Shown here piece after piece: positions 37,970 to 52,685 of a DNA stretch of 64,000 bases; position 1 is the first letter of the stretch, and every line of letters begins with the position of its first letter. The translations under genes were made by a program, and so were the position numbers. Below the pieces are notes generated by a model that saw only the letters and a list, made by a program, of their open reading frames with translations, did not search any database and was not told where the DNA came from. The stretch spans positions 1,680,757 to 1,744,756 of the forward strand of contig JAAOMT010000134.1 in the NCBI GenBank assembly GCA_016748015.1. Direction: 5' to 3'. This stretch comes from Geosiphon pyriformis uo1 (lineage: Eukaryota > Fungi > Glomeromycota).

Positions 37970-38599
37970 ATGAAGATTACTAATGACATTTACTCACTAG
38001 CACAACAACTTTTTTAACTGATCCAACAACAAGAAATGGAAATTACAATCAACCAACAAACTATTAGATACACAAACATCAAAAAAAGACTATGAGATAA
38101 AATATGGAGAAAAACAAAAAACACTGTGAACAAAATAATCACAAAAGTGAAATTGGCAATAAAAACACAACCAAAAGTTACCCAATATCAAGAATTGACT
38201 ATAGAAACTTGGAATTGGTGGATACAACAATTTCCAAAAAACTTTTGTTACTTTTACTTGGGACAACACTTGAATATTCAAAGTTTGTATACAGATAAAA
38301 CAAAATGATTATTTGACACAACAATACTGCAACAACTGGAACAATTTGTGGGGAAGAACAATTTGACTACACAAGCCAGAGCCATCTATTGGCTACACAC
38401 CATATTTCAAGATCGACCAAAAATCTTACTTAATTCAGAAATAAACTCTATTATTATTAACCAAATAGAAAAAATAACCAATGCTCAATTTGAAAAATTA
38501 CAGAACAAGATAGCACAAGTCATTCTTGAAAAAAAAGTTCAAGAAATACTCAAAAATGGAAAATTAGAATTAGGAGATCTCAACAGAGCTTAATATTAA
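37970..38599 (+). pseudogene. E3 accessory ORF3
   Basis: MKITNDIYSLAQQLF...QARAIYWLHTIFQDRPKIL...; diverged homolog of E4/E5 ORF3. Confidence 0.75.
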
Positions 38600-38613
38600 A
38601 GAGAAGGAAATAA

Positions 38614-39439
38614 TGTTACTCATAAAATATAGGAAATATATTAGCATATAAATTAGCCAATCAAAAGTAGCCATAGTAAATGTGAAATTCCAGGATTTCT
38701 TTCAAAAAAATTACAAAATTCCAGGAATTTCAGGATTCTTGTACAAGGAATTGCAAGATTCCAGAATTCCAGGATTCTTTTCAAAAGAATTACAGGATTT
38801 CTGGTGTGAAGAATTAAGAAATTAAGGAATCTCAATTATGTATATATATCAGTAGCATTAGAAGTAGAAAAAAAGAGACCTCTTAGTTTAAATTTGATCC
38901 AAATAACCTTCCATTTACAAATATCAATAAATAAATATTCACTATCTCAATCTATTCTTTACTATTAACACTTCATGTTAATAGTAATTGATACTTAACT
39001 ACACTAGAACAATAGCTCTTGATCATGGCTATTGATAGAATACTAACATGCAAATCATTTTGGCTTATTTTTCTTATTTTCTTTTTTTGCTTTATTTTCT
39101 TTATTATTGGTTAGCTTAATTAAAAGAATTTACACACAGAGATACTAACATCAAGATATAACACTGGTAAAAGATCCAAGAATAAAAGTAGACACTTGAA
39201 ATTAAGAATATCTTACCAGGAGAATTACTGGCCATCATACTGAGAAAAAAATTGACAAAACTGTGGTTTTGGAAAGCTACAGATAAAATTATCAATTGAA
39301 TCTCTGTTCATTATACAAAGAACTCAACAAAAACCTTCAGAAAAACACATCTTCAGATATCCTTAAACATTTAAATCAATTAAGCACCAAGTTACAGATT
39401 TGTTATTTGCATTGAAACTCCAAACAATTACCTATAACA
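38614..39439 (+). repeat. E3 3' LTR (GGAATTC-type U3)
   Basis: Follows PPT gagaaggaaataa; TGTTACTC...ATAACA; not followed by a PBS. Confidence 0.93.
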
Positions 39440-42400
39440 ATGCCCAAAAGTATCATCAATATAACATTAACAAGCACATCTACAGCAAATGCAACAACAC
39501 TATTAAACAGAATCTTGTTCCAAAGTAAACAAAAGAGAACAGAGTTATTAGGAACCTACAGCAATTATTTTGAGGAATTTAAATTGCAATTTCCAATGCC
39601 ATCAGAATTTTGATCACTATTATCTAAACCAAATTTCAAAAATGCTACTCCTTGGGAAGTAACAGAATCAGAAGAAAAGGAAGACAAAGATCAAAAATTT
39701 AATTATCAAAACCTGATTTTAAAAAACCCAAAAATACAAACTCTAACTGTTCAAACTCAGCAAAATCTAAACAATCCAATCACTACTTCTATTGTTTACC
39801 AAAACTTATCTTCAGTAATCATAATAGACCTACCAATTATCCCAATTGCCAAACAGTAATAATAACAGCTGCAACTACCACCTTAACAACAACTCCAATA
39901 GCAACCACAATCACAACAACAACAATTACCAGTAGTACTAATGGTATATGTACCAATTACAAAACTTGAGAAATTTACTGGCAAGGAGAATAACATGCAA
40001 GTATGGTTCAATAATATGGAAAAAGTCATTGTAGTCAATAAATAGAATAATATTAGAACATTATAAATGATTCCATATTTTTTTCAAGATACTGCCAACT
40101 TATAATATTAAAGTCTAATTCAGAAACCTCAAGACTTTAACATATTTAAACTGAAATTTCTAAGATATTTTAGTAATAATAATAGCATCAATTGTTTAGC
40201 AAATACTTTTACAACCATTAAACAAGAAAACACTGAAGCAGTCATCACTTATCTAAGATGCTTTCATAAAAATCTGTACCAAATACAAACAATTAACACA
40301 AATTACTTTACAGCACCACAGATTTTAAACCAGTTTATCCATAAGTTATACAATAGTATTCTTTGGCACATATATCCAATACACTCACAAACTTTCTAAA
40401 ATGCAGTTATCCACACCTGAGATTTCGAATTGGCCAAGCTAAAAGCTAATTATGTCCAAGTCATTAATCTAATAATAAACAGATTATCTGAATTAGACTT
40501 CAAGTTAAAACAATTCAGTAATTCCATTAATCAAAAATTAAAGAAATACTTAGCTAATAATCAGACAATTTATTAACCATTCCAATGCCACAATAATCCA
40601 GAGAACTTGGATAGTCTTTAAAATTAACTATGTCTATCATCAACAATCAATCAACAGTGATAACAAAAAATGCATAACTGCCACTATTGTGGTAAACAAA
40701 AACATTTACAATTTAAATGTTGCAAATAGTTAAGTAATCAACAATCAAGAAATCAGTATTGAAACCCTAATTACTGATTTCAAACCCAGAATTATGTCAG
40801 TAATCAATCACTCAAACAATATGAATATCAGCCTTATTACTTTCAAATAATGCAGCCAATTTATCAAACACCAAACTATCAAAACTCAGCACCAATAATC
40901 TATTAGCCACTCCAATTTTAGCTAATTTATCAATCTCAACCAATTCAAATCCAGTTTCAAAACTCACCTTAAACCAGAATTCAAAGGCCAAAAACTATTC
41001 AGATTAAACAGAATTGGAAATTGGCAATAGTAATGTACCAATCAATTCCCAGTTCCTCAAACCAACTTTTGAGATCATGGCAATTAATTTCCAGAAATCC
41101 AGAAAATCACTACACCCAAAACCCAAATGTACAGAACTATTTAAGTCTTTTGGTTATCCCAACAAATATTTTATTTTATAACCCAGAATCCAACAACAGT
41201 TCACTCATTAATAATATTCCACTAGCAACAGTTACCAAAGACAAATCATTTGCAGTTATATTTTCTTTTGAAATAAAAGAACCAACCACTATACTACTAT
41301 TCAGTAGAGCTGTTCTTAATACTAAACTTATTACTGCCATGTATACTGATGCCAAAGTCAATAGCTATTCTATCAAGCTAATCTTTGATAGCAGTTCAAT
41401 AGGCAGCATCATTACATGACAACTTATAGACCAATTAAGTTGCCAAGTTAATCAAGCTGTCAGCACTAGAATTATCACAGTAGATAGAACAACAAAAACT
41501 CCAATTAGCAAGATTGATAACTTCTTATTTAAAGTCAATGGCATTATTACATCAATCAAAGTCTTCATAATAAAACCCACTTAGTACCAAGCTCTTATAG
41601 GAAATGATTGGCTGTTCAAAACAAATACAGTACTTGATTGAACCACATAGAAGCTTCAGCTTAGCCAGAATAGTTAACATATATAAGTACCAGCTGCATG
41701 CAGTTACTTCAAACCAATTACTACACAACTACTAATAAAATTTGAAGAAGAGGAACAGAAACCTATCTGAAAAGTCTATTAAGTTTTGTAGACCGAAAAA
41801 AAGCATAATAAACTGTCACCAATACTATCATAGAACAATAATAGAAAGAGAAAAAACAAAAAAAAACCACAAAAAAACACCATTGCCAAAGTAATTACCA
41901 ATGGTTGGAGAAGATCTTATATGACCAACACCAGACCAAAGCCATTATATATTTTACTTAAGTATAAGGACTACAAGAAAAAACTGTTCTCCATAAAAGC
42001 CTAAGTTGTGCCTAATAAAGATTACTGGACATATACACACTATTACTGCAAATCATGCCACTGTGAATGTTATGGCTACTCAAAAAGACAAGGAAAGTAA
42101 GACAACAAGCCATGTTTTACTTGTGGGGAAACTCTATTTAACAAAAAAATATGGAACAATATTCCTGGTTAAGAAAGAATATGTGATGCTTTATGTTAAT
42201 ACATAATTCTCATAAGTAACTAGATAAGTTATAAAACACCTTTTACCACTGCATAGAACTGAGCAATCTCATGCTTAGATAGTTACTCACATAATGAAGA
42301 TAAAATCTGGTAAATGGCAACTGCCAAAGTCAAAGATGCATTACTTAGCAAAATCTTGGAAATTAAAAACAATCCACCAAAACCAGTTGAAACTGTCTTT

Positions 42401-45400
42401 ATTTCCAATCCAGATACATTTTTTGATATTGAAGCTGGCTCAGAAGAATTTCATAAACATTACTAAGATTTAGTGCCAACCCAACAAAAACAGGAGCAAT
42501 ATTTAAAACAACTAAACACCCAACTATATGACTATTGTTTAATTCTCTGTAACTTTCAATATTGTAATAATTGTGATCTTATCTACAATCCACTATCATA
42601 CATGATTTACACAATTCCAGAAAAAAAAAAACCAATCAGCAGCTGTGAAATAGAATCAAAATTGCCACTCAATCATTATTCAAATTCCAATAATGATAAC
42701 AATAACAATAGTTTCAGCTTCATTCAAAATAGCAATGACAACAGTAAAAATTTAAACTTCAATTTAAACTCAAAACAATATATCACACTCCTTAATCTTT
42801 CCAAGAAGCAAGAACTTAAATGGTTCAGTAATAATAATAAAGATATTAGGCCAAAATGAGCACATAATACCAATACAGAATTTGATCTAAGATATCTTAG
42901 AAAAAATGCCATCAAATTGGAACCATATTTACACACCTGCATTAATCTGAAAGTAGCACTGAAAATCCCAATCACTATAATAGTTCAATTAATATCTAAA
43001 AGTAGTTTAGCAAAAAAAGGAATTAACATCAGAGGAAGAATAATTAATGCAAAATATGTAAGAAATATTATTGCAATGCTACAAATAACTTGGAAAAAAA
43101 ATATATTATTGAACCAAATAAAAAGATAGCATAAGCAATATTTCTACTTTTGGTTAAAATAGCTTCATTAGTGTTAGTAAAAACAAAAAAAGAATTAAGG
43201 ATTACAGCCAAAAGAAAAAATGAATTTGAATTCATAAGTAAGATAGATATACCAGTTAATATAATAGAGAAAGAAATTATTAACAAAGGAAAAATTATTT
43301 TCACCAGTTAATTAATTCTTATTCTATCATATGATTAGTATTTAGTAGTTATAGAAAGGAAAGTAAAAGATCAACCCCAAATTTTCGAAACAGAAGCCAC
43401 AAATTGTAAATTAAGAGAGATTACTATTACCAATTTCTACATACTGGCTAAAAACCACAAACACATTAAAATTTTCATCCACAATACAACTGGAAATCTT
43501 ATCAAAATACCAAAAAAAACTACTATTAGATACTTAAGTACTGAAGTTAAAGACCAACCACCAAGCACTATTTCAGATTTTTTATAATTGTGCAGATATG
43601 TAGACATTATATTACAAGCAATATACAGATGGGAAGAATGTTATTTGCTCCAACAAAAACAATTGAAATAAATGAACATGGAAAACTTAGACCCACTTTA
43701 ATGTATACAACTCAAGATACTACTCAATAATTTCACTAATATTTTTACCAGTAAAAATGAATTTGGTAGAACTGACATTATTCAACACCAGATTAAAACT
43801 GGTAATACAATGTCAATTAAACAAAGAACATATAAAATACTATCAACAAGCCATGAAATCATTTAACAAGAAATTAACAGAATGTTAGACAACAGATTAA
43901 TTCAATCATCAATAAGCCTATGGTTATTACCAGTAGTATTAGTCCAAAAAAAAAATGGAAAATTTTGCTTTTGTGTAGATTATAGAAAACTTAACAATAT
44001 TATTCATGAAGACAGCTATCTAACTCCATGAATTCAAAAATTATTTAATGCTTTCAAAGGGAAGAAATAGTTTTCAACACTGGATTTAGATAGTGGTTAC
44101 TGACAAGTAGCAATAAAATTAGAAGACAAAAAAAAAACCACATTTACCACCAAAGAGAGAAACTTTGAGTTTAAAGTAATACTATTTGGCTTAATCAATG
44201 CTTCAGTCATATTCCAATGGCTAATAGAAATTGTTTATACTGAACTGTTATGAAAATCAGTAGTTGTTTATTTAAATAACACTAATATATTTTTAAAAAC
44301 ATTTAATGATTATTTTCATTATCTACAGCAAGTGTTTAAGAGACTTAAAAGAGCTGGATTGAAACTAAATACAACTAAATGCTTCTTTGGCAAAACAAAA
44401 CTAAAATTTTTGGGACATGTTGTAAGCAAAGATAACATCAAAACAAATCCAAATAAGATTGAGATAGTAAAAAACTTTCCAGTACCAACAAATTTGACAG
44501 AACTATGAGCATTTTTGGGATTTGCTGGATATTACTGCTGCTTTATTTAGAACTTTTTTAAATTGGCTCAACCACTTCATCAATTTCAAACTAAAAACGT
44601 GAAATATAAATAGACTGAAGCCCAACAACAAGCTTTTGACATTTTAAGAAGAAAGCTTATTTAAGCTCTAGTATTGATCTATTCAGATCACAGCAAATTA
44701 TTCATTATTATTACTGATACATCAAGCCAAGCATTAGAAGCTGTATTATCTCAAAAAAAACCAGATAGAAGAAAACACCTAGTAGCATATGTCAGCCAAA
44801 GCTTAAGTTCAACTGAAAAAAACTATAAAACACCAGCATTAGAACACTTAGCTATTTATTAGGCAGTCATCAAATAAAAAGAGTATTTAAGCCAAAAGTT
44901 TGAAGTATACACTAATCACAAAAGATTAACATCAATTCAGAAGCAAGAATTTGGAAATAACTATTATGCCAAATGGAAAATAGAACTTTCAACATTCAAA
45001 TATAATGTACACTATAAAAAAGAAAAAAAAAATAGAAATGTCAACAGTTTGTCACAAATAAAACAAATCTAAGAACATTTCAACCCAAAAATATAACAAA
45101 AGATGAATACACAAAAATATTAACAACTTTAGTACTATATTAATACCCAACAGTTCAAAGAGAAATTATCTCAAAAGAAATAAAACAGCATAAAACAACA
45201 ATTAAAATATTTTATTAGTTACCAAAATATACTCTATTAAAAAAACAGAAAGAATTCAGATCAATTATTCAGAATAATCACAAAACTAGAAAAAAAAACA
45301 ACATTATACAACATGTATTCAGATTTGACAGCAGGATATTTTCATAAAGAAGCAACCATGAAAAGAACCAGAAAAAAATATTATTGGCCATCAATATATT

Positions 45401-48034
45401 CAGACATTATCTAATATGTTCAAAATTGTGATGTTTGTTAGAAAAAAAAAGAAACAAGACCCAGTAAACTACTAAGACCAATTAAAGTAGAACAATTATT
45501 TGATAGAATTGGAATTGACTTAGTTGGATTATTAACAACAATTAGCAAAAACAATTGTTATATAGCAGTAGCCATAGACTATTTTACAAAATAACCAAAA
45601 GTGAAAGCAATTCAAAGAGCAGATACAGAATCTGTAGCTGAATTCATTTATTAAGATTTGATTTGCTAACACAAATGTCCAAAAAAATTGTTATTAGATC
45701 AAAGAACTCACTTTATAAACAGAACATTAACAGAATTAAGCCAAAGATTTGAAATTAAAAGACTATTATTATCACTATATTATCTACAAATAAACAGTTT
45801 AGTTGAAAATTTCAACAGAATATTGTGTAAAGCAATCGTCAAAATTAGTCAAAAAAACCAGAATAAATGGGATTTGTTTATATTATCAGTACTATTTGCT
45901 TATTGGACAATAAAGCAAGATACCACATAAGCAATACTATTTGAACTTGTTTATAATAGAACAGCAATATTACCAGTGAAAATAGAAGTCAATACATATT
46001 CAACTAAACCAATAATAGAAGACAACTTTTGAAAAACATTGCTAAAAAAAACATATAACTTAATAAAAACTTTAGAAAACAAAAGACAAAGAGCAGCTAA
46101 AACATTTAAAAGTTACAAAAAAAACAACATAATAACCAGTTACTAAACAAACCAGTTGAATTCAGAATTAGAGACAAAGTACTTTTACATCATATCAAAG
46201 CAAAAAAACAATAGAATAGAAAATTTGATCCCAAATAAGATGAACTATTTCACATTGAAGAAATTCTAAGAAATAGAGCATATAAACTAAGATAAGACAA
46301 CAAAATTTTAGCTAAAGCAATACATGGAGATCAACTGAAATTATATCACAATATATTATCATTATTTACCAGTAATATTTTACAACTAAAAGTACAATAA
46401 ATACTAGTTCAACCAGATAAAATTTTACAAGATTTAGAACCAATTATAATCATCTGTACAAATACATCAAATTAATCAAACAAAGTAATACATAAAGATA
46501 TGATATACACAATAAAAGCAACAATAAAGATGAAAATTACTGATGACATCCACTCATTCACATAGCAACTATTCCAACTGATTCAACAATAAAACATGGA
46601 AATTACAATCAATCAATAAACCATTTAATACAAAGATAATAAAAAGAAAACCCAATACAAAGTACATAAAAAACTGGAAAACATTATAGACAAGATAATA
46701 GCAAAAGTAAAATTGTTAATGAAAATACCAGAAACAGTAGTACCATACCAAAAATTGACAAAAAAAACTTGGAATTAGTGGAGACAACAATTTTCAAGAA
46801 ACTTTTGTTATTATCACTTGGAACAAAACCTGAATATTCAGAACTTATATACTGACAAAACAAAATGATTATTCAACACAACAATACTACAACAACTTAA
46901 ACAATTTGTAAGGAAAAACAATTTGTTTATACAGGCACAAGCCATATATTAGCTACATGTAGAATTTTAAGATTGGTCAGCAATACTACTTAATCCAGTG
47001 ATAAATACAGTTACCATTAATTAATTGGAAAAAATTACCAATGCTTAATTTAAAAAATTACAGATAAAAATAAACCAAATAATTCTTAAAAAAAAAGTTC
47101 AAGAGTTAATTAAAAAAGAAAAGTTAGGAGATATAAAAGATTTTAACAGAGCTCAATATTAAAAAGAAAGAATAATATTACTCATAAAATATAGGAATTA
47201 TATATTAGTACATAATTAGCCAATCAGAATAAGATGTAATAAAAGTGGAATTCCAGGATTTCTCTTAGAGAAATTGCAAAATTACAGAATTACAGAATTT
47301 CTGTGTAAAGAATTGCAGAATTTCTGGCTAGAAAAATGAAAAATTCAAGAAATCTCATACAATAAAATTTATGTATATATAGTGGTAGTATTAGAAGCAG
47401 AAAAGACAAAATTCTTAGTTTAAAATCTTTAGTTTCAATTCCATATCCATTTCTTTATACAATAGTATTTTATGACTTGAAATAGAAACATCAAATATCA
47501 ATAAAATACTTATTCACTATTGCAATTCATCTTTCTATTATCAATAATTCATGTTAATAATTGCCAATACTTAATTATACTGGACCAATAATTCTTGATT
47601 ATGGCTATTAACAGGATACTAACTCTTTCTTGCCTTGGCTTATTTCTTTATTTTTATTTATTTTTTTTATTGTTTTTATTGTTTATTGTGTACTAATTGA
47701 TTTAAGAGATTAAGTATTGATTAATTGACATTACAGATAGTCTGGTAAAAGACTCTAAAAGAAGAGTATCAAGTTTAAAAAATTTATGAATAAGTTTACC
47801 AAAAGAACACAACTGCCAGAATAAACTGGCCACTATGCTGAAAACAAAAATTAGGTGGAATTGCAATTTTAAGAAGCTACTAAAACAACACTTAAATCTC
47901 TGTCTGTTATACAAAAGACTCAACAAAAACCTTCAAACACCAAAATTTTCAGATATTATTAACCAGATTAGTTATTGAACACCAAGTTACAGGTTTATTA
48001 TTTGTATCAACATCCCAAATAATCATTTGTAATA
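39440..48034 (+). mobile_element. E6: older, more decayed family B LTR element (5' LTR upstream of window), inserted into a HAL1-like element
   Basis: Starts mid-ORF0. Polyprotein to 45072 (dUTPase ~42850-43240), IN 45103-46475, ORF3 46530-47162, 3' LTR 47176-48034. Confidence 0.9.
47176..48034 (+). repeat. E6 3' LTR
   Basis: tattactcata...tttgtaata (TG and CA ends both mutated to TA); homologous to the E2/E3 LTRs. Confidence 0.85.
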
Positions 48035-49900
48035 ATGTTTAATACTATTAGCACTATTTTTTTAAAAATAACCAAAAATGCCAAAAATTTTAAAAAGTAA
48101 AAACAGTTATTTACTTTTGCTATTATTACACCAAACTTTTTTGTAATTTCAAATAAAATTTTGGATGAAATCTTTTTTGTATCATCTAATATGTTGTCTA
48201 AAATAGACCAAGATTAATTATTAACTGTATTGTTAAATATAATGTTTTTTAATAGATTATTACCAATTATAAAAGCAAAACAACAATTTTCTGTTGAATT
48301 ATTTGTTTTTAAAAACTGGATTAATTAAATGAAAACTAAATTATCTTTATTTTTTCTGGTTTTTGGTACTGTTATTAATAGTGCTTAAAAAACTATTGTT
48401 AGTTGTCAAAAATTTACTAAATAAATAATTTTTATTCTAGTGCTTAATGTTATTTTTAAGATCAAATTAGCTCATATTAAGACTGTTTTTTAGTCTGTAC
48501 TTGGTTTTTTAAATGCAAAGTCAATTATAAAAAACAATGTAAAACTCTTTTATATAGAGTTTGCTTTTCAAGATTTTTTAGATGTTGTTTTTCTGATTAT
48601 ATTTACAAGCTTTGTTTATTTAGTTACTTTTAAAATTGTCAAATCTTTGGTAATTTTTGAGTTTGGTTTTTTTTCTGTTGTTATACTATATAATATGTTT
48701 TTAAATATATTTGTTATTAATATTAAGACAGCTTTTAATGTGTTTAATAAAGTTGTTTATATTATATTAAAGTTTGATAGTGTTTGATAATATATAGTTA
48801 TTTATTTTAAGAAATTAGGTATTGTTGTATTTGTTCTTAATTACTGATTAGTTTTGGTAAACAAAAATAATATTCAAATTTGTTTTATAATAAGTTTAAA
48901 ACCAAGTTGATTAATTTTTTTTTTGGCTGTATTGTTTTTAAAATTAATGAAATAATTTTCCAAGTTAGTAATCAGATTTGTTTTATTCTTTGTTTACATA
49001 ATTTTGGTTATTATTTTTAATTTGTACTAATTATATTTAGCTTATAGATTAATTTAAATACTATTATTACTAAAACTGGTTCTTTAAAAAAGTGTTGCAT
49101 TTAGTAGAAAACTTATAAAAATTGATATTGTTTTAGATATTAGGATTTAAATTATTTGACTATAAATTACAAAATGTTTTTATCTTCTTTATCTAAGTCT
49201 TTTAGATATTTATGTTTTGTTTTATTAGTATTAGGTTTTATGCTAAAACTGTTGTGTTTATGCTTTTTTAGTTTTTATTTTTTTGATTGGTTTTATTTTT
49301 TTGTTGTAGTTATAGTTAGTTAATCTTCTTAAAAACTGATTTAATCAAACTTTTTACATTAATTAAGTCTATTATTAAGTTTGTCAATTCTATAGTTATT
49401 GTGTTTAAATAATTTGTTAATAATAATTTGGTTTCAAATAAAGCACTTGGTTTTAAGATCAATAAAATTTTGGTGTATATAGATGCTTTTAGTAAAGTTA
49501 TTGGTAAGCTAAAACATAAGATAGTTGCTTTAAAAACTAAATATAGCAATAAAAATATTGATATAGCTGGTTTTTAGATGAATTTGTTTATAATAGATAA
49601 TAATATATTTTCTAATTTAATGTTACTTTAAAAACATAAATCTGTTGCTATAAAAACTAATGTATTAAAAACAGTTAAATAGCTGGTTAAAATATTTAAT
49701 AATAATACTATATTGTTTAAAATTATTCAAAAAATGTTTTTTTTGATTAAGTTTTTTTTTAAATATCAATATAATATAGTCTAAATTGGCTTGAATAGCT
49801 GGTTACATGTAAAAAATATGTGAATTAAATTTAATATTGGAATACTTAGTTTGTTCTTAATTTTTAGATAGTAATTAAATTATATTTGTTAAAAAAAAAA
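48035..49900 (+). mobile_element. Highly decayed HAL1-like (ORF1-only) non-LTR element, 3' part
   Basis: Inverted homolog of ~50070-51975; same 3' UTR; poly(A) at 49891-49900. Confidence 0.8.
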
Positions 49901-50047
49901 TATATTTAACTTTTATTAATTATTATACAATTAAAATAATAAATTATTTTGAAATTTAATATAATATTTATTAAAAATTAAAATAATTTACATATATTTA
50001 AGTTAAATCAAATTTTTAAACTTATTTATTAATTATAAATACTTATT

Positions 50048-52329
50048 TTTTTTATTTTTTATTTTTTATTATGAATTTAACAAATATGACCCAACTACTA
50101 TCTAGAAATTAGGACCAAACTAAGTGATCCAAGGCTAAATATGGTTTACATACTTACTATATGTAACCAGTTACTTAAGCCAGTTCAGGTTATACTATGT
50201 TAATACATCAAAAAAAAACTTATTCAAAAAAGACATTCTTTAAACAATTTTAAATAAAGTAACACTATTATTAACCAAACCAATCAACCACTCAGCTGTT
50301 TTAAAGACATTAGTTTTTACAGCAGCAGATTCATGTTCCCAAAGAGACATCAAATTAGAAAACATATCATTATCAAAAAATAACAAACTCATATGAGAGC
50401 CAAACATATCAACGTTCTTAAAACCACACTTAATTTTTAAAGCAACCACTTTCTGCTCCAGCTTACTAACAGCTCTGCTAAAAATACTTATGTAAACCAA
50501 AACTTTGTTGACCCTGAGGCCAAAAGCAGAACTTGAAACCAAATTACTATTAACAAATTGTTCAAAAACTTTGACCATAGAGCCAACAGGCTTAACAATA
50601 GATTCAACCAAAACAGAAAGCTTGGTTAAATCAGATTCCAGAAACACCAAAGAATCTTCAACAGCCACAGAAGAAGCAGAAGCCACCAAAAAAAGAAATT
50701 CAAAAAGAACAGGAGAAACAGATGCCTTTACATAAGACAAAAAACCAATGAAATATGATTTAAACACCTTGGAAGCCTTAGAAAAGAGAGGTAGAGCAAT
50801 CTTGCAGTTTACAGCCAAATGGCCTATTTTTTGACACCAAAAACAATGCTGGCAACCAGAAGTTTTCTACCAGATATGGCATTTTCTCAGTATACTAGTT
50901 TTTAGTACTGCAGTATCCAAATCAATCTGAAAACCAAATGTAACCAAAACAAATCAAGAACAATAACCAGACTTAGGAGAACAGAGAATAAAACATGTTT
51001 AACCACCAACTTAAGAAATCATATCACTAATTTTAAAAGCTGTGCAGCCAAAAGGAAAATTAACCAACTTGGCCTTAAATCTATTACAAAACAGAATAGT
51101 TTTATTCTAATTCACCAAAGAGAGGATTCTAATACTATCCTTGTCCACCAAAATTGACCAATGATTTAAAGCAGACACAGCAGAGTCCAACTTTTTAAAA
51201 TGAACAACCACATACTGCCAAATGTCAGCAGACTTCAACACAACACGAGTGACACCACCAAACACACTGAAAGCTGTTTTAATGTTAGCAGCAAACACAC
51301 CTAAGAGCATATCACACAGCACAATAGCAGCAGAAGGGGAACCAGACTCAGAAACCACCAAAAATTTGGCAATTTTAAGGGTGGCCAAATGTATAGAGCT
51401 TGTAAGCTCAACCAAAAATGCAGCTTCTAACAATACTTAAGAAACAACTTCTATATAAAACAGTTTCACATTGTCTTTTGATACTGACTTTGCATTCAAG
51501 AAACCATGTATTGACTGAAAAACAGTCTTAAGATAAGCCAATTTAATCTTAAAAGTAGCACCAGGCACCAAAGTAAAGGCCACCTATTTAGTAAATTTTT
51601 GATGACTAGTAATGGTTTCTCAAACACCACTAAAAGTAGCACCAGAAACCAGATGAGGAGATAATTCAGTTTCTATCTGATCAGCCCAGTTCTTAAGAAC
51701 AGGTAACCCAACAGAAGATAGTTGTTTTGCTTCTAAAACTGGCAATAATCTGCTAGAAGACACCATATTTGACAACACAATCAATGGTTGATCTTGGCCC
51801 ATCTTGAATGATGTGCTGGATAATGCAACAGAGATCTTATTAGAGATTTTATTTGGAACTACAAAGAAGTTTGGTATAACAATAGCAAAGACAAACAACT
51901 GTTCCCATTTTTCTGAACTTTTGGTTTTTTTGATCATTTTTTTTGAAGAAGAGATGCTAGCAACACCAGATATTGAAGTTATAGATAAGAAAACTAACTT
52001 GTTAACTAGTCTATTATTAAACACTTTTGGGCTCTTAGTAAAAGTGGAAGCAACACTGAAACTGATTCAAGTGTGTCTTTTTGAGAGAACTTTGACTGGT
52101 AAAAAACCAGTCAAAGAAGAGGGAATTGCTTCAGTAGCTACCAAAAGCAGCTTTTCATAATTACTGGGTAAAAGAAAGGCTTCTAAAACATTCTGCCTAG
52201 TTGTTTTTACAACAGAGAGAGCTTTTCTGGTTGAAATTTTATTAAATATCTCAGAAAAGATATTAAGTGCAGCTTTTTTACTCTTTGCTTTAGTTGTGGT
52301 CATAAAATTAAGAAGATAAAGAGTTTTTT
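50048..52329 (-). mobile_element. HAL1-like ORF1-only non-autonomous non-LTR element with TSD AATACTTATT
   Basis: TSD at 50038-50047 and 52330-52339; A-rich tail; 3' UTR homologous to the LINE 3' UTR at 59332-59460. Confidence 0.85.
50195..52303 (-). pseudogene. LINE ORF1-like protein (RRM-like + CCHC knuckle), 703 codons with point stops
   Basis: ORF fragments starting at 52303, 52024, 51433 and 50818 share one frame. CFWCQKIGHLAVNC; WQY.VV.F and WSILVDKDS align with LINE ORF1. Confidence 0.8.
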
Positions 52330-52685
52330 AATACTTATTATAAAATATATAATTAAATTAAATAAATAAATATATATATTTTATTATGTTTTATAAAAAT
52401 AATTGCTATATATTTGTACTTTTATAGTTTTAAAATTTATACTATATATAAATATTTAATTAAAATTATGTAATTAATTATAAAAAAAAGTAGCTTTTAT
52501 TTTTTTTTTGGTTTTTAATAGTAATATTATTTAAGAAGCCATTTTAACTATAAAAATAGCTAAACAATATTTTATTAAAGTGTAAAATCTTTTTCTTGTT
52601 GATCCTCCAGTTATAATGAGAGTGAGATATTGTCAAAAAAAAAGTTTCCCTTACTTCTTATTCCCTTTGTATTTTAATTATTTCT

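Larger units (their letters stand above)
9722..39439 (+). mobile_element. E3: family B LTR element, split by E4 and E5 (own sequence 9722-14875, 24980-25063, 35259-39439); inserted into ORF0 of E6
   Basis: Coding sequence resumes exactly across both insertions (..NNIF/ASENEFG...IKQRA/YKVPP). The 5' and 3' LTRs match. Confidence 0.93.
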
